Shown here piece after piece: positions 11,194-25,446 of a DNA stretch of 64,000 nucleotides. Where the stretch lies: assembly GCF_016903815.1 (NCBI RefSeq), contig NZ_CP069973.1. One strand, written 5' to 3'. This DNA comes from Escherichia coli (GTDB lineage: Bacteria; Pseudomonadota; Gammaproteobacteria; Enterobacterales; Enterobacteriaceae). Numbering within the stretch: position 1 is the first letter of the stretch; every line of letters begins with the position of its first letter. Both the position numbers and the translations under genes were made by a program. The notes under the pieces were generated by a model that was not told the origin of the DNA, searched no databases, and worked only from the letters and a program-made list of their open reading frames with translations.

Positions 11194-12078
11194 CTACTGC
11201 GCCAACGCCGCCAGCAGTTTAACCAGCGCGGGCGTCACCTGCTGCGTTTCATAAACAATATATAAGTCTGCAGGGATGCGTTCTTTGAGCGGACGGAATA
11301 TGACACCGGGCCAGTTCATCTGCGCGTAGCTGTCCGCTATCAATGTGATACCAATACCCATACTGACCATGGCGAGTACCGTTTGCGGTTCATTAACTTC
11401 GCGAATAACAACCGGTGAAAATCCCACCTGCTGGCAAACTCGCTGCAAAAAATCCCAGTCAGTGTACACGGGCGGCATTGTAACAAAATACTCGTCACGT
11501 AGCGCTTCCAGCGGAACGGTGGAAAATGATGAGAGATGATGCTCTTCAGGCATCGCCACCAGAAACGCCGATTCATGCAACCGTAAGCTGGTAAAACCTG
11601 CCGGTGGTTCTGTCGCCATTCTCCAGATTCCGGCATCGAGTTCACGTCGTTCCAGCAGGGCCATTTGCATCGCGGGCATCTTTTCGCGAAAAAGAACGTC
11701 AACGTTAGGATTTTCCCTGAGGAATCGCCGCATAACCGGACGCATCCGTCCCCACATTGCCGTTCCCACAACCCCGAGTTCAATCCGCCCTGCTTCTCCC
11801 CGACCTATTTGTTCAACCCGAGCCAATACATTATTTGCATTCACCAGCAATCGACGCGATTCTTCCATCAAGATTTTGCCCGCGTGTGTCAGTACGACGC
11901 TGCGCGAATGGCGAATAAAAAGCTGCGTGCCGAGTTGATTTTCCAGCTCTTTAATATGAATACTGAGCGGAGGCTGAGACATATTTAAACGCGCTGCTGC
12001 GCGACCAAAATGCAACTCTTCCGCTACGGCAAGAAAATAACGGAGCAACTTAAGATCTGTTCTATATACGCGTTCCAT
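11194..12078 (-). CDS. xapR: LysR-type transcriptional activator of xapAB
   Basis: ORF 11194-12093; likely start MERVYRTDLKLLRYFLAVAEELHFGRAA (294 aa); LysR N-terminal HTH. Confidence 0.93.
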   Translation of the reverse strand: MERVYRTDLKLLRYFLAVAEELHFGRAAARLNMSQPPLSIHIKELENQLGTQLFIRHSRSVVLTHAGKILMEESRRLLVNANNVLARVEQIGRGEAGRIELGVVGTAMWGRMRPVMRRFLRENPNVDVLFREKMPAMQMALLERRELDAGIWRMATEPPAGFTSLRLHESAFLVAMPEEHHLSSFSTVPLEALRDEYFVTMPPVYTDWDFLQRVCQQVGFSPVVIREVNEPQTVLAMVSMGIGITLIADSYAQMNWPGVIFRPLKERIPADLYIVYETQQVTPALVKLLAALAQ

Positions 12079-12329
12079 AATTAAGTGCTCCATATAATAA
12101 ATACATCGTATTAAATTATCATGGCATAAAGTATTTCACCACCAGATATCCGACATACATAAACACGATGGATAATATACCCGGCAATACATTTGGAACA
12201 GGAATAGGTAATCGCACGATTGTAAACAAAGCACCAATGCCAAAACCAACGCCAGAAGAAAATAAAATATCTTTCACTAATTAACCTTTATCATAAAAGC
12301 AGCCCCAAGGAACAGAGCTGCGAATCCTT

Positions 12330-13586
12330 TTAATGTGTAACTGAACGATGCGTTATCTTTTCAGAGTCATGGTTATATTTAAACCCAAAGAAAAATATCA
12401 CTGCGAGGAAAAGAGCATACCCTGCAAACATCAGCCAAATGGTATGCCAGTCTTTTACGCCATCCACCGAGAAGTAATCCACTGCCATACCGCTCAGAAT
12501 CGAGCCAACCCATGCGCCGACGCCATTTACCATCGTCATAAAAAGGCCCTGCGCGCTGGCACGAATGCTGGAATCAACTTCCTGTTCGACAAATACCGAA
12601 CCAGAAATATTGAAGAAATCGAATGCACAGCCATAAACAATCATCGACAGCAGCAGCAAAATAAATCCGGTTGTTGACGGATCGCCATAGGCGAAGAAGC
12701 CAAAGCGCAGCGTCCAGGCCACCATACTCATCAGCATGACGGTTTTAATGCCAAATCGCTTTAAAAAGAATGGGATAGTCAGTATAAAGCCCACTTCTGC
12801 CATCTGTGAAACTGACAGTAAAATGGAGGGATATTTCACCACAAAACTGTCAGCAAACTCAGGATTACGGGCGAAATCATGCAGGAACGGGTTGCCAAAA
12901 ACGTTGGTAATTTGCAGCACCGCGCCCAGCATCATGGCGAAGAGGAAAAAGATAGCCATGCGTGGATTTTTAAACAGCACGAAGGCATCCAGACCCAGCT
13001 TGCTGGCAAGCGATGTAGTCGCTTTTTTCTCCGCAACCGGAATCTTCGGCAAAGTCAGCGCATAAGCCGACAGCAGCAATGACGCACCGGACGCGATATA
13101 CAGCTGCAGACTACTCAATTCCAGATGCAGCAGGCTTACTGCCCACATGGCGACAATGAACCCCACCGTACCAAAAACGCGAATGGGCGGGAAAGCGGTC
13201 ACCGGGTCAAGCCCTGCCTGGGCAAGACAGGAATAAGAGACGCTGTTCGATAACGCAATAGTCGGCATAAACGCCATCGCATTGACTAACATCACCCAAA
13301 ACATCATATCCGGATCAGTTACGGATGCCGCATAAAAAAGTACGCCCGCACACACCAGGTGACACAGCATGTATGCACGTTCTGCACGCAGCCATTTGTC
13401 TGCGATGATCCCCATTATACCAGGCATAATAATCGCGGCGATCCCTTTGGAACTGTAAACCATGCCAACATTAGCGCCGGTGAAATGAAGGGTATTAATC
13501 ATGTAAGAACCGAGGGTAACCAGCCAGCTCCCCCAGATAAAATATTGCAAAAAGGACATTACCTTTAAGCGCAAAGCGATGCTCAT
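12330..13586 (-). CDS. xapB: xanthosine:H+ symporter (MFS, NHS family)
   Basis: 418-aa hydrophobic ORF MSIALRLKVMSFLQYFIWGSWLVTLGSYM; downstream of xapA. Confidence 0.93.
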   Translation of the reverse strand: MSIALRLKVMSFLQYFIWGSWLVTLGSYMINTLHFTGANVGMVYSSKGIAAIIMPGIMGIIADKWLRAERAYMLCHLVCAGVLFYAASVTDPDMMFWVMLVNAMAFMPTIALSNSVSYSCLAQAGLDPVTAFPPIRVFGTVGFIVAMWAVSLLHLELSSLQLYIASGASLLLSAYALTLPKIPVAEKKATTSLASKLGLDAFVLFKNPRMAIFFLFAMMLGAVLQITNVFGNPFLHDFARNPEFADSFVVKYPSILLSVSQMAEVGFILTIPFFLKRFGIKTVMLMSMVAWTLRFGFFAYGDPSTTGFILLLLSMIVYGCAFDFFNISGSVFVEQEVDSSIRASAQGLFMTMVNGVGAWVGSILSGMAVDYFSVDGVKDWHTIWLMFAGYALFLAVIFFFGFKYNHDSEKITHRSVTH

Positions 13587-13645
13587 AATCGTTTCCTTGT
13601 CGCATCATTTGGCCTCACCCGCGAGGCCGTTTCTTATTGTTTTTC

Positions 13646-14479
13646 TCAGGCAATTTTGCGCAGAAAGCCACAAATAAGGTTGATGAAGTTCTGCTTAGAG
13701 AGCTCCGCAGCCGCCAGCGTTTGCGCATGTGACAATTTCACATCGCTTAAACCTTCCGCCATGTTGGTAATCGCAGAGACCGCAACGACTTTAAGTTCGC
13801 AATGGCGAGCAGAAATAACCTCAGGCACCACAGACATACCAACAACATCCCCACCAATAATTTGCATCATGCGAATTTCCGCCGCAGTCTCGAAATTCGG
13901 ACCCGGATACGAGACGAACACGCCCTCCGTCAGAGGGAACCCCTCTTCTTTCGCCACTTTTTGTAACAGTGCGCGGTATTCCGCATCGTAGGCATTCGCC
14001 AGCGAGAAGAAGCGCTCACCAAAACGTTCATCATTAAGACCCACCATCGGCGTTCCCGGCATGGTGTTGATGTGATCTTTCAATGCGACCAGACTGCCGG
14101 CCCCCACTTCAGGACGCAGTGAGCCAGCCGCATTGGTGCTGAACAGCAACTCGCAGCCCAGCAACTTAAAGGTACGGATTGCATCCGTCATGATGGTCAT
14201 CCCACGACCTTCGTAGAAATGTCCGCGACCTTTCATGCACACCACTGGCACCCCCTGGAGATAACCCAGCACCAGCTCACCCGCATGGCCATGTACGGTA
14301 CTTACCGGGAACCCAGGCAGCTTTTCGTAGGAAATTGCGACCGCGTTCTCAATCTGATCGGCCAGCGCGCCCAGCCCGGAACCTAAAATAAAGGCCACTC
14401 GTGGCGTGAAATCAGGTTTATAAGTCTTGATAATATCTACGCAATACAGTGGGTTATGAGAAAACTGAGCCTGATACAT
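13646..14479 (-). CDS. xapA: xanthosine phosphorylase (purine nucleoside phosphorylase II)
   Basis: 277-aa ORF with PNP-family motifs (FILGSGLG, VSTVHGHAG). Confidence 0.93.
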   Translation of the reverse strand: MYQAQFSHNPLYCVDIIKTYKPDFTPRVAFILGSGLGALADQIENAVAISYEKLPGFPVSTVHGHAGELVLGYLQGVPVVCMKGRGHFYEGRGMTIMTDAIRTFKLLGCELLFSTNAAGSLRPEVGAGSLVALKDHINTMPGTPMVGLNDERFGERFFSLANAYDAEYRALLQKVAKEEGFPLTEGVFVSYPGPNFETAAEIRMMQIIGGDVVGMSVVPEVISARHCELKVVAVSAITNMAEGLSDVKLSHAQTLAAAELSKQNFINLICGFLRKIA

Positions 14480-14727
14480 ATATATCCTTTTTTTGTAGGG
14501 TGGAATCTAACGCCTTTTTATAACGAGATTGCCCTAACTCATACCAATACACTTTTTTCATGTATCCGATAGTTATTCGATATCGATATATTTATATTTT
14601 TTCACTATTAATAGGCGGAAAAAACTGTATTGGTACTCTCCTTTCCATTGCATTAACAATATGCCGCTTTTAATCAACCTTTTTATTAAGCAATCAACTA
14701 ATAACGATCGGCATAGGGAATTATGCT

Positions 14728-15492
14728 ATGAAAAAACATCTTTTTACTCTGACACTCTCTTCTGTATTGGCGATACCAGCAGTATCTCATGCAGAATTTA
14801 AAGGCGGTTTTGCAGATATCGGCGTGCATTATCTGGACTGGACCAGCCGGACTACCGAAAAATCGTCGACCAAATCACACAAAGATGATTTTGGTTATCT
14901 TGAATTTGAAGGTGGCGCTAACTTTAGTTGGGGAGAAATGTACGGGTTCTTCGACTGGGAAAACTTCTATAACGGTCGCCATAATAAACCAGGTAGCGAG
15001 CAGCGTTATACCTTTAAAAATACCAACCGTATTTACCTGGGTGACACCGGATTTAATTTCTACTTGCATGCGTATGGCACCTACGGTTCTGCGAATCGCG
15101 TGAATTTCCACGACGATATGTTCCTGTACGGTATCGGCTACAATTTCACCGGCAGCGGTTGGTGGTTCAAACCGTTCTTTGCAAAACGCTATACAGACCA
15201 AACCTATTATACCGGCGATAACGGTTATGTCGCCGGTTGGGTTGCAGGTTACAGCTTTATGCTGGGCAGTGAGAAATTCACCCTCACCAACTGGAACGAG
15301 TACGAGTTTGATCGTGATGCCACCTACGCGGCAGGTAATGGCGGCAAAGAAGGTCTGAACGGTGCCGTCGCACTTTGGTGGAATGCAACTTCACACATCA
15401 CCACAGGGATTCAGTATCGTTATGCGGATGACAAACTGGGCGAAGATTTTTACCAGGATGCGATAATCTACTCCATCAAATTTAACTTCTGA
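14728..15492 (+). CDS. yfeN: putative outer-membrane protein YfeN
   Basis: 254-aa ORF with signal peptide MKKHLFTLTLSSVLAIPAVSHA, aromatic-rich beta-barrel-like composition, C-terminal F. Confidence 0.85.
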   Translation: MKKHLFTLTLSSVLAIPAVSHAEFKGGFADIGVHYLDWTSRTTEKSSTKSHKDDFGYLEFEGGANFSWGEMYGFFDWENFYNGRHNKPGSEQRYTFKNTNRIYLGDTGFNFYLHAYGTYGSANRVNFHDDMFLYGIGYNFTGSGWWFKPFFAKRYTDQTYYTGDNGYVAGWVAGYSFMLGSEKFTLTNWNEYEFDRDATYAAGNGGKEGLNGAVALWWNATSHITTGIQYRYADDKLGEDFYQDAIIYSIKFNF

Positions 15493-15530
15493 TTGATTAC
15501 TGCCGGGGCTCCCGGCAGTATGAATTCACT

Positions 15531-16457
15531 CTATATCTGATACAAAGGATCCCCTTCCCGCCCAGCCATTAGCGCACGGCCCTGGCCTCGTACCACGTCC
15601 CATAACGCTTGTGCGGCGGTGGAAAGTGAACGGTTCTTCCTGCGCACCAGCATCAACTGGCGTTCCACCACCGGCGTAATGCGCTTTACCACCAGCGGGC
15701 TACCTTCAGGCAATGGTAGCGCCAGTGCGGGAAGAATACTGATGCCGATGCCTGCGGCTACCATCGGGAACAGCGTCGCCGGATGACCAATCTCCTGCAC
15801 AATATTCGCCTGAATACCGTTGCGCGCCAGAGCTGCGTCAATCAGCGGTCGGCTGCCTGACGCGTAATCCTGCAACACCAATTTCGCTCCCTGTAATGCC
15901 TGCCAGGGTACATAATCTTCCGCGGCCAAAGCGCTATCGCGATGGCAAAGCAAGAAGAAAGGCTCGGAAAGAATCGCTTCACATTGCAGATCGCTCACTG
16001 GGCCTGGATCGATGACGATGCCAAAATCGACATCTCCCTGGCGAATACTTTCCATCACCCACTGCTGCGGACGATCGTGCAGGACAAACTGAATATCTGG
16101 ATAGCGGCGATGGCTTTCAGCAATGCATTGCGGAATAAGATGCGCGGAAATGGTCTGGCTGGCAGCGACCCGAACTTTTCCGCTCAGTTGTTGCCCCATA
16201 CGCCCGGTATCGCGCAACGTGCTGTTAAGTTCATCCAGCAGTCGCTCAAGACGCAAAGCCAACTGCTGCCCTGCATCTGTAAGCACCACTTCACGCGTGG
16301 TTCTGTCCAGCAGGCGAACACCAGTATGATTTTCCAGCTCCTTCACACTGTGACTTACTGCCGACTGACTCAGGCCGATACGCTCTCCTGCACGACTAAA
16401 ACTTTTCTCCTGCGCTACTGTGACGAAAACCTTTAATTGCTTTAAAGAATAATTCAT
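15531..16457 (-). CDS. yfeR: LysR-family transcriptional regulator YfeR
   Basis: 308-aa [45 protein letters not shown] with LysR HTH; divergent from yfeH. Confidence 0.9.
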   Translation of the reverse strand: MNYSLKQLKVFVTVAQEKSFSRAGERIGLSQSAVSHSVKELENHTGVRLLDRTTREVVLTDAGQQLALRLERLLDELNSTLRDTGRMGQQLSGKVRVAASQTISAHLIPQCIAESHRRYPDIQFVLHDRPQQWVMESIRQGDVDFGIVIDPGPVSDLQCEAILSEPFFLLCHRDSALAAEDYVPWQALQGAKLVLQDYASGSRPLIDAALARNGIQANIVQEIGHPATLFPMVAAGIGISILPALALPLPEGSPLVVKRITPVVERQLMLVRRKNRSLSTAAQALWDVVRGQGRALMAGREGDPLYQI

Positions 16458-16546
16458 CTGTTTTCTTCATGAATGGATGCAATAAATCAATTTTATTTCT
16501 CAAACTGGAAGAAGCACAATAGAACCATCGATCATCTGGAGTCTTT

Positions 16547-17545
16547 ATGAAACTTTTTCGTATCCTCGATCCTTTCACCTTAACCCTGATCACGGTGGTG
16601 TTGCTGGCCTCTTTCTTTCCGGCCAGAGGCGATTTCGTCCCCTTCTTTGAAAATCTGACCACCGCAGCTATTGCCCTGCTGTTCTTTATGCACGGCGCGA
16701 AGTTGTCACGTGAAGCGATTATTGCTGGCGGTGGTCACTGGCGACTGCATTTGTGGGTAATGTGCAGCACCTTTGTACTGTTTCCGATTCTGGGCGTGCT
16801 GTTTGCCTGGTGGAAACCGGTAAATGTCGACCCGATGCTCTACTCCGGTTTTCTCTACTTGTGCATTCTCCCCGCTACCGTGCAGTCTGCAATCGCCTTT
16901 ACTTCAATGGCGGGCGGTAACGTCGCGGCAGCGGTTTGTTCTGCGTCAGCATCCAGCCTGTTGGGGATTTTCCTTTCACCATTGCTGGTTGGTCTGGTGA
17001 TGAATGTTCACGGTGCGGGAGGCAGCCTTGAGCAGGTCGGTAAAATTATGCTGCAATTGCTGCTGCCGTTTGTATTGGGGCATCTTTCCCGGCCGTGGAT
17101 TGGTGACTGGGTGTCGCGCAATAAAAAATGGATTGCGAAAACTGACCAGACGTCCATTCTGTTGGTGGTTTATACAGCGTTCAGCGAAGCCGTCGTTAAT
17201 GGTATCTGGCATAAAGTTGGCTGGGGATCATTGCTGTTTATCGTGGTGGTCAGCTGCGTTCTTCTGGCTATCGTGATTGTAGTTAACGTCTTTATGGCAC
17301 GCCGACTGGGCTTCAATAAGGCAGATGAAATTACTATCGTCTTTTGTGGTTCGAAAAAGAGTCTGGCAAATGGCATCCCGATGGCAAACATTCTGTTCCC
17401 CACATCGGTGATCGGTATGATGGTGCTGCCTCTGATGATTTTCCATCAGATCCAATTGATGGTCTGTGCGGTGCTGGCGCGTCGATACAAACACCAGACC
17501 GAACAGTTACAGGCGCAGCAGGAAAGCCGCGCCAATAAAGCTTAA
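16547..17545 (+). CDS. yfeH: bile acid:Na+ symporter-family membrane protein YfeH
   Basis: 332-aa multi-TM ORF; recognised as YfeH. Confidence 0.88.
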   Translation: MKLFRILDPFTLTLITVVLLASFFPARGDFVPFFENLTTAAIALLFFMHGAKLSREAIIAGGGHWRLHLWVMCSTFVLFPILGVLFAWWKPVNVDPMLYSGFLYLCILPATVQSAIAFTSMAGGNVAAAVCSASASSLLGIFLSPLLVGLVMNVHGAGGSLEQVGKIMLQLLLPFVLGHLSRPWIGDWVSRNKKWIAKTDQTSILLVVYTAFSEAVVNGIWHKVGWGSLLFIVVVSCVLLAIVIVVNVFMARRLGFNKADEITIVFCGSKKSLANGIPMANILFPTSVIGMMVLPLMIFHQIQLMVCAVLARRYKHQTEQLQAQQESRANKA

Positions 17546-17760
17546 AGAGGACGCTTCAGGGGCTGGACCAGTTGCGTCAGCCCCTCAGTTTTAATCAGCA
17601 GCGTGATTTGCATTAGCTCACCGAGCTTCCCTGCCGGGAACTCATCTTTGCGGGCAAACCACAGAAGATACTCCTCCGGCAGGTCGATTAAGCGACGCCC
17701 TTTGTATTTGCCAAACGGCATTATCGTATTGGCTATTTCAATCAGCTGCTCTTTTTCCAT
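17542..17760 (-). CDS. ypeB: small protein YpeB (DUF3820)
   Basis: 72-aa ORF immediately upstream of ligA on the same strand; 4-bp convergent overlap with yfeH. Confidence 0.8.
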   Translation of the reverse strand: MEKEQLIEIANTIMPFGKYKGRRLIDLPEEYLLWFARKDEFPAGKLGELMQITLLIKTEGLTQLVQPLKRPL

Positions 17761-17761
17761 C

Positions 17762-19786
<2,025 letters not shown>

Positions 19787-19794
19787 TCAATGCT

Positions 19795-19816
19795 AAAAAC
19801 CCCCGACAAGCGGGGG
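19795..19816 (-). terminator. rho-independent terminator downstream of zipA
   Basis: minus strand aacccccgcttgtcgggggttttt; hairpin plus T-run 18 bp upstream of ligA start. Confidence 0.6.
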
Positions 19817-19847
19817 TTCGAAGAGGAGTTAATTTGCCTTAAGTGTA

Positions 19848-20846
19848 TCAGGCGTTGGCGTCTTTGACTTCGCGGATGATGTCCTGGTACTCGCGCAATT
19901 TCTGCGGAGTCATCATACGGCGCTGATCGTCAAGCACTACACCGCCCACTTCATCGGCAATATGCTGCGCAGATTGCAGCATCAGCTTGAAGTTCTGCAG
20001 CTCGTCACCGTAAGACGGTACCTGCATAAAGATAGTGACACCCGGAGTAGTGAAATCCTTCATTTCAGGATCAAAGGTTCCCGGTTTCACCATATTCGCC
20101 AGGCTGAATAACGCCGGGCCGCTGCCATCCGGGCTAAGATGACGATGGTAAATATTCATATCGCCAAAAATGAAGCCCGCTTGTTGAATGCTGTTAAGAA
20201 GCAGTTCACCGTTTAGCTCGCTACCGTGATGCGCCGCGACGTTCATGATAATCACCGCTTCTTTGCGCTTCGGTTTATCCATAACTGGAGCCGGTTCCGC
20301 TACAGGCTCAGGCTGTGGTGCCGCTACGGGTTCTGCAGACTGGAAAGCCTGTTGTGCCGGTTGCGGTGCTGAATGCACTGGCTGCGGCGCTGACGCGACC
20401 TGTGGCGAAACTGGCTGCTGCAACGGCTGTTCAGGCTGCGGCTGATAGGCAGGCTGCTGCACGGGTTGCTGCACCGGCTGCGCTGGACGCGGAGCATGTT
20501 GCGGCGGTACCTGCGCTTCAGGCGGCTGCTGGACCGGTTGACGCGGCTGCGCAGACGCATAAGGCGGTTGGTACTGGTGTTGCGGCGACGGACGAGCAGC
20601 CTCATGCTCCTGGGCGTTAGCCGGGGCATGATTCACGCGGTGAACACGAACCTCACCAACGCCCTCATCATCTTCGACATCCTCGTCATAAGAATCGTCG
20701 TCACGTTTTGACTTCATTCGTTTTAATGGCCGATCGCGGAACATAGAAGATCGTTCTTTACGGCTGGTCCAGAAACCATGTACCAGTAAAGCGATTATGG
20801 CGATCGCGCCAACAATGATTAATATCAGACGCAAATCCTGCATCAT
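19848..20846 (-). CDS. zipA: cell-division protein ZipA (FtsZ membrane anchor)
   Basis: ORF 19848-20897; likely start [25 protein letters not shown] (N-terminal TM), long P/Q-rich linker, C-terminal FtsZ-binding domain; 328 aa. Confidence 0.95.
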   Translation of the reverse strand: MMQDLRLILIIVGAIAIIALLVHGFWTSRKERSSMFRDRPLKRMKSKRDDDSYDEDVEDDEGVGEVRVHRVNHAPANAQEHEAARPSPQHQYQPPYASAQPRQPVQQPPEAQVPPQHAPRPAQPVQQPVQQPAYQPQPEQPLQQPVSPQVASAPQPVHSAPQPAQQAFQSAEPVAAPQPEPVAEPAPVMDKPKRKEAVIIMNVAAHHGSELNGELLLNSIQQAGFIFGDMNIYHRHLSPDGSGPALFSLANMVKPGTFDPEMKDFTTPGVTIFMQVPSYGDELQNFKLMLQSAQHIADEVGGVVLDDQRRMMTPQKLREYQDIIREVKDANA

Positions 20847-21075
20847 TATATTCTCTGTTGTTCTAACACCTTGCCACCACGGCAAACATTTACTCACTAA
20901 GAGTATTTGCCGATTACCTCAAGTGCAAGTGCACTATTAACTTTCACAGCACAAAGATAGATGAAATCGTGCTTTTTGCTGTTTTTTCGAACATATCCTA
21001 ACTGTCCATTGCGCAATTACCCGGTAAAATACGCAGAATTTTCCTGGGATTGGTCAAAAGGAGCTCATCCTGATT

Positions 21076-21837
21076 ATGGTTTCATCATTCACATCTGCCC
21101 CACGCAGCGGTTTTTACTATTTTGCGCAAGGCTGGAAGCTCGTCTCGCAACCTGGGATTCGGCGTTTCGTTATTTTACCGCTGCTGGTCAATATTTTGTT
21201 GATGGGGGGCGCATTCTGGTGGCTATTTACGCAACTCGATGTCTGGATCCCGACTCTCATGAGTTATGTTCCGGACTGGTTACAATGGCTGAGCTATCTG
21301 TTGTGGCCTCTGGCAGTCATCTCTGTGCTGTTAGTGTTTGGCTATTTCTTCTCAACGATTGCTAACTGGATTGCCGCTCCGTTCAATGGTTTATTGGCTG
21401 AACAACTGGAAGCACGATTGACTGGCGCTACACCGCCAGATACCGGGATTTTCGGTATCATGAAAGATGTGCCGCGAATCATGAAACGCGAATGGCAAAA
21501 ATTTGCCTGGTATCTGCCGCGCGCAATTGTATTACTAATTCTTTACTTCATCCCTGGTATTGGGCAAACCGTCGCGCCGGTACTGTGGTTCCTGTTTAGC
21601 GCCTGGATGTTAGCCATCCAGTATTGCGATTACCCCTTCGATAACCACAAAGTGCCGTTTAAAGAGATGCGCACCGCCCTGCGCACACGCAAAATCACCA
21701 ATATGCAGTTTGGTGCTTTAACCAGCCTGTTTACGATGATCCCGCTGCTTAATCTGTTCATCATGCCCGTTGCCGTTTGTGGTGCGACGGCGATGTGGGT
21801 CGATTGCTATCGCGATAAACACGCGATGTGGCGGTAA
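21076..21837 (+). CDS. cysZ: sulfate transporter CysZ
   Basis: 253-aa membrane [26 protein letters not shown]; upstream of cysK. Confidence 0.93.
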
Positions 21838-22021
21838 CAATCTACCGGTTATTTTGTAAACCGCTTGTGTGAAACAGGGGTGGCTTATGCCGCCCCTTAT
21901 TCCATCTTGCATGTCATTATTTCCCTTCTGCATATAGATATGCTAAATCCTTACTTCCGCATATTCTCTGAGCGGGTATGCTACCTGTTGTATCCCAATT
22001 TCATACAGTTAAGGACAGGCC

Positions 22022-22993
22022 ATGAGTAAGATTTTTGAAGATAACTCGCTGACTATCGGTCACACGCCGCTGGTTCGCCTGAATCGCATCGGTAACGGAC
22101 GCATTCTGGCGAAGGTGGAATCTCGTAACCCCAGCTTCAGCGTTAAGTGCCGTATCGGTGCTAACATGATTTGGGATGCCGAAAAGCGCGGCGTGCTGAA
22201 ACCAGGCGTTGAACTGGTTGAACCAACCAGCGGTAATACCGGGATTGCACTGGCCTATGTCGCTGCCGCTCGCGGTTACAAACTTACCCTGACCATGCCA
22301 GAAACCATGAGTATTGAACGCCGCAAGCTGCTGAAAGCGTTAGGTGCAAACCTGGTGCTGACCGAAGGTGCTAAAGGCATGAAAGGCGCAATCCAAAAAG
22401 CAGAAGAAATTGTCGCCAGCAATCCAGAGAAATACCTGCTGCTGCAACAATTCAGCAATCCGGCAAACCCTGAAATTCACGAAAAAACCACCGGTCCGGA
22501 GATCTGGGAAGATACCGACGGTCAGGTTGATGTATTTATTGCTGGCGTTGGGACTGGCGGTACGCTGACTGGCGTCAGCCGCTACATTAAAGGCACCAAA
22601 GGCAAGACCGATCTTATCTCTGTCGCCGTTGAGCCAACCGATTCTCCAGTTATCGCCCAGGCACTGGCTGGTGAAGAGATTAAACCTGGCCCGCATAAAA
22701 TTCAGGGTATTGGCGCAGGTTTTATCCCGGCTAACCTCGATCTCAAGCTGGTCGATAAAGTCATTGGCATCACCAATGAAGAAGCCATTTCTACCGCCCG
22801 TCGTCTGATGGAAGAAGAAGGTATTCTTGCAGGTATCTCTTCTGGAGCAGCTGTTGCCGCGGCGTTGAAACTACAAGAAGATGAAAGCTTTACCAACAAG
22901 AATATTGTGGTTATTCTACCATCATCGGGTGAGCGTTATTTAAGCACCGCATTGTTTGCCGATCTCTTCACTGAGAAAGAATTGCAACAGTAA
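22022..22993 (+). CDS. cysK: cysteine synthase A (O-acetylserine sulfhydrylase A)
   Basis: 323-aa ORF; PLP-lysine motif [17 protein letters not shown]. Confidence 0.97.
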   Translation: MSKIFEDNSLTIGHTPLVRLNRIGNGRILAKVESRNPSFSVKCRIGANMIWDAEKRGVLKPGVELVEPTSGNTGIALAYVAAARGYKLTLTMPETMSIERRKLLKALGANLVLTEGAKGMKGAIQKAEEIVASNPEKYLLLQQFSNPANPEIHEKTTGPEIWEDTDGQVDVFIAGVGTGGTLTGVSRYIKGTKGKTDLISVAVEPTDSPVIAQALAGEEIKPGPHKIQGIGAGFIPANLDLKLVDKVIGITNEEAISTARRLMEEEGILAGISSGAAVAAALKLQEDESFTNKNIVVILPSSGERYLSTALFADLFTEKELQQ

Positions 22994-23014
22994 TGCCAGC
23001 TTGTTAAAAATGCG

Positions 23015-23044
23015 TAAAAAAGCACCTTTTCAGGTGCTTTTTTG
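23015..23044 (+). terminator. rho-independent terminator after cysK
   Basis: aaaaaagcacc-ttttca-ggtgc-ttttttg. Confidence 0.75.
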
Positions 23045-23376
23045 TGGCCTGCTTCAAACTTTCGCCCCTCCTGGCATTGATTCAGCCTGTCGGAACTGGT
23101 ATTTAACCAGACTAATTATTTTGATGCGCGAAATTAATCGTTACAGGAAAAGCCAAAGCTGAATCGATTTTATGATTTGGTTCAATTCTTCCTTTAGCGG
23201 CATAATGTTTAATGACGTACGAAACGTCAGCGGTCAACACCCGCCAGCAATGGACTGTATTGCGCTCTTCGTGCGTCGCGTCTGTTAAAAACTGGCGCTA
23301 ACAATACAGGCTAAAGTCGAACCGCCAGGCTAGACTTTAGTTCCACAACACTAAACCTATAAGTTGGGGAAATACA

Positions 23377-23634
23377 ATGTTCCAGCAAGAAGTTACCATT
23401 ACCGCTCCGAACGGTCTGCACACCCGCCCTGCTGCCCAGTTTGTAAAAGAAGCTAAGGGCTTCACTTCTGAAATTACTGTGACTTCCAACGGCAAAAGCG
23501 CCAGCGCGAAAAGCCTGTTTAAACTGCAGACTCTGGGCCTGACTCAAGGTACCGTTGTGACTATCTCCGCAGAAGGCGAAGACGAGCAGAAAGCGGTTGA
23601 ACATCTGGTTAAACTGATGGCGGAACTCGAGTAA
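23377..23634 (+). CDS. ptsH: PTS phosphocarrier protein HPr
   Basis: 85-aa [32 protein letters not shown] identical to E. coli HPr (His15, Ser46). Confidence 0.99.
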
Positions 23635-23678
23635 TTTCCCGGGTTCTTTTAAAAATCAGTCACAAGTAAGGTAGGGTT

Positions 23679-25406
23679 ATGATTTCAGGCATTTTAGCAT
23701 CCCCGGGTATCGCTTTCGGTAAAGCTCTGCTTCTGAAAGAAGACGAAATTGTCATTGACCGGAAAAAAATTTCTGCCGACCAGGTTGATCAGGAAGTTGA
23801 ACGTTTTCTGAGCGGTCGTGCCAAGGCATCAGCCCAGCTGGAAACGATCAAAACGAAAGCTGGTGAAACGTTCGGTGAAGAAAAAGAAGCCATCTTTGAA
23901 GGGCATATTATGCTGCTCGAAGATGAGGAGCTGGAGCAGGAAATCATAGCCCTGATTAAAGATAAGCACATGACAGCTGACGCAGCTGCTCATGAAGTTA
24001 TCGAAGGTCAGGCTTCTGCCCTGGAAGAGCTGGATGATGAATACCTGAAAGAACGTGCGGCTGACGTACGTGATATCGGTAAGCGCCTGCTGCGCAACAT
24101 CCTGGGCCTGAAGATTATCGACCTGAGCGCCATTCAGGATGAAGTCATTCTGGTTGCCGCTGACCTGACGCCGTCCGAAACTGCACAGCTGAACCTGAAG
24201 AAGGTGCTGGGTTTCATCACCGACGCGGGTGGCCGTACTTCCCACACCTCTATCATGGCGCGTTCTCTGGAACTGCCTGCTATCGTGGGTACCGGTAGCG
24301 TCACCTCTCAGGTGAAAAATGACGACTATCTGATTCTGGATGCCGTAAATAATCAGGTTTACGTCAATCCAACCAACGAAGTTATTGATAAAATGCGCGC
24401 TGTTCAGGAGCAAGTGGCTTCTGAAAAAGCAGAGCTTGCTAAACTGAAAGATCTGCCAGCTATTACGCTGGACGGTCACCAGGTAGAAGTGTGCGCTAAC
24501 ATTGGTACGGTTCGTGACGTTGAAGGTGCAGAGCGTAACGGCGCTGAAGGCGTTGGTCTGTATCGTACTGAGTTTCTGTTCATGGACCGCGACGCGCTGC
24601 CCACTGAAGAAGAACAGTTTGCTGCTTACAAAGCAGTGGCTGAAGCGTGTGGCTCGCAGGCGGTTATCGTTCGTACCATGGACATCGGCGGCGACAAAGA
24701 GCTGCCATACATGAACTTCCCGAAAGAAGAGAACCCGTTCCTCGGCTGGCGCGCTATCCGTATCGCGATGGATCGTAAAGAGATCCTGCGCGATCAGCTC
24801 CGCGCTATCCTGCGTGCCTCGGCTTTCGGTAAATTGCGCATTATGTTCCCGATGATCATCTCTGTTGAAGAAGTGCGTGCACTGCGCAAAGAGATCGAAA
24901 TCTACAAACAGGAACTGCGCGACGAAGGTAAAGCGTTTGACGAGTCAATTGAAATCGGCGTAATGGTGGAAACACCGGCTGCCGCAACAATTGCACGTCA
25001 TTTAGCCAAAGAAGTTGATTTCTTTAGTATCGGCACCAATGATTTAACGCAGTACACTCTGGCAGTTGACCGTGGTAATGATATGATTTCACACCTTTAC
25101 CAGCCAATGTCACCGTCCGTGCTGAACTTGATCAAGCAAGTTATTGATGCTTCTCATGCTGAAGGCAAATGGACTGGCATGTGTGGTGAGCTTGCAGGCG
25201 ACGAACGTGCTACACTTCTGTTGCTGGGGATGGGTCTGGACGAATTCTCTATGAGCGCCATTTCTATCCCGCGCATTAAGAAGATTATCCGTAACACGAA
25301 CTTCGAAGATGCGAAGGTGTTAGCAGAGCAGGCTCTTGCTCAACCGACAACGGACGAGTTAATGACGCTGGTTAACAAGTTCATTGAAGAAAAAACAATC
25401 TGCTAA
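23679..25406 (+). CDS. ptsI: PTS Enzyme I (PEP-protein phosphotransferase)
   Basis: 575-aa [34 protein letters not shown]; active-site His region [14 protein letters not shown]. Confidence 0.99.
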   Translation: MISGILASPGIAFGKALLLKEDEIVIDRKKISADQVDQEVERFLSGRAKASAQLETIKTKAGETFGEEKEAIFEGHIMLLEDEELEQEIIALIKDKHMTADAAAHEVIEGQASALEELDDEYLKERAADVRDIGKRLLRNILGLKIIDLSAIQDEVILVAADLTPSETAQLNLKKVLGFITDAGGRTSHTSIMARSLELPAIVGTGSVTSQVKNDDYLILDAVNNQVYVNPTNEVIDKMRAVQEQVASEKAELAKLKDLPAITLDGHQVEVCANIGTVRDVEGAERNGAEGVGLYRTEFLFMDRDALPTEEEQFAAYKAVAEACGSQAVIVRTMDIGGDKELPYMNFPKEENPFLGWRAIRIAMDRKEILRDQLRAILRASAFGKLRIMFPMIISVEEVRALRKEIEIYKQELRDEGKAFDESIEIGVMVETPAAATIARHLAKEVDFFSIGTNDLTQYTLAVDRGNDMISHLYQPMSPSVLNLIKQVIDASHAEGKWTGMCGELAGDERATLLLLGMGLDEFSMSAISIPRIKKIIRNTNFEDAKVLAEQALAQPTTDELMTLVNKFIEEKTIC

Positions 25407-25446
25407 TCCACGAGATGCGGCCCAATTTACTGCTTAGGAGAAGATC

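Noticed and set aside
12100-12329. AT-rich xapR-xapB spacer with a 40-codon ORF (12168-12284, plus strand)
   Set aside because: Below any reasonable length threshold, no clear RBS, and AT-rich regulatory DNA generates such frames by chance.
23829-24479. 216-aa ORF on minus strand
   Set aside because: Antisense to ptsI.
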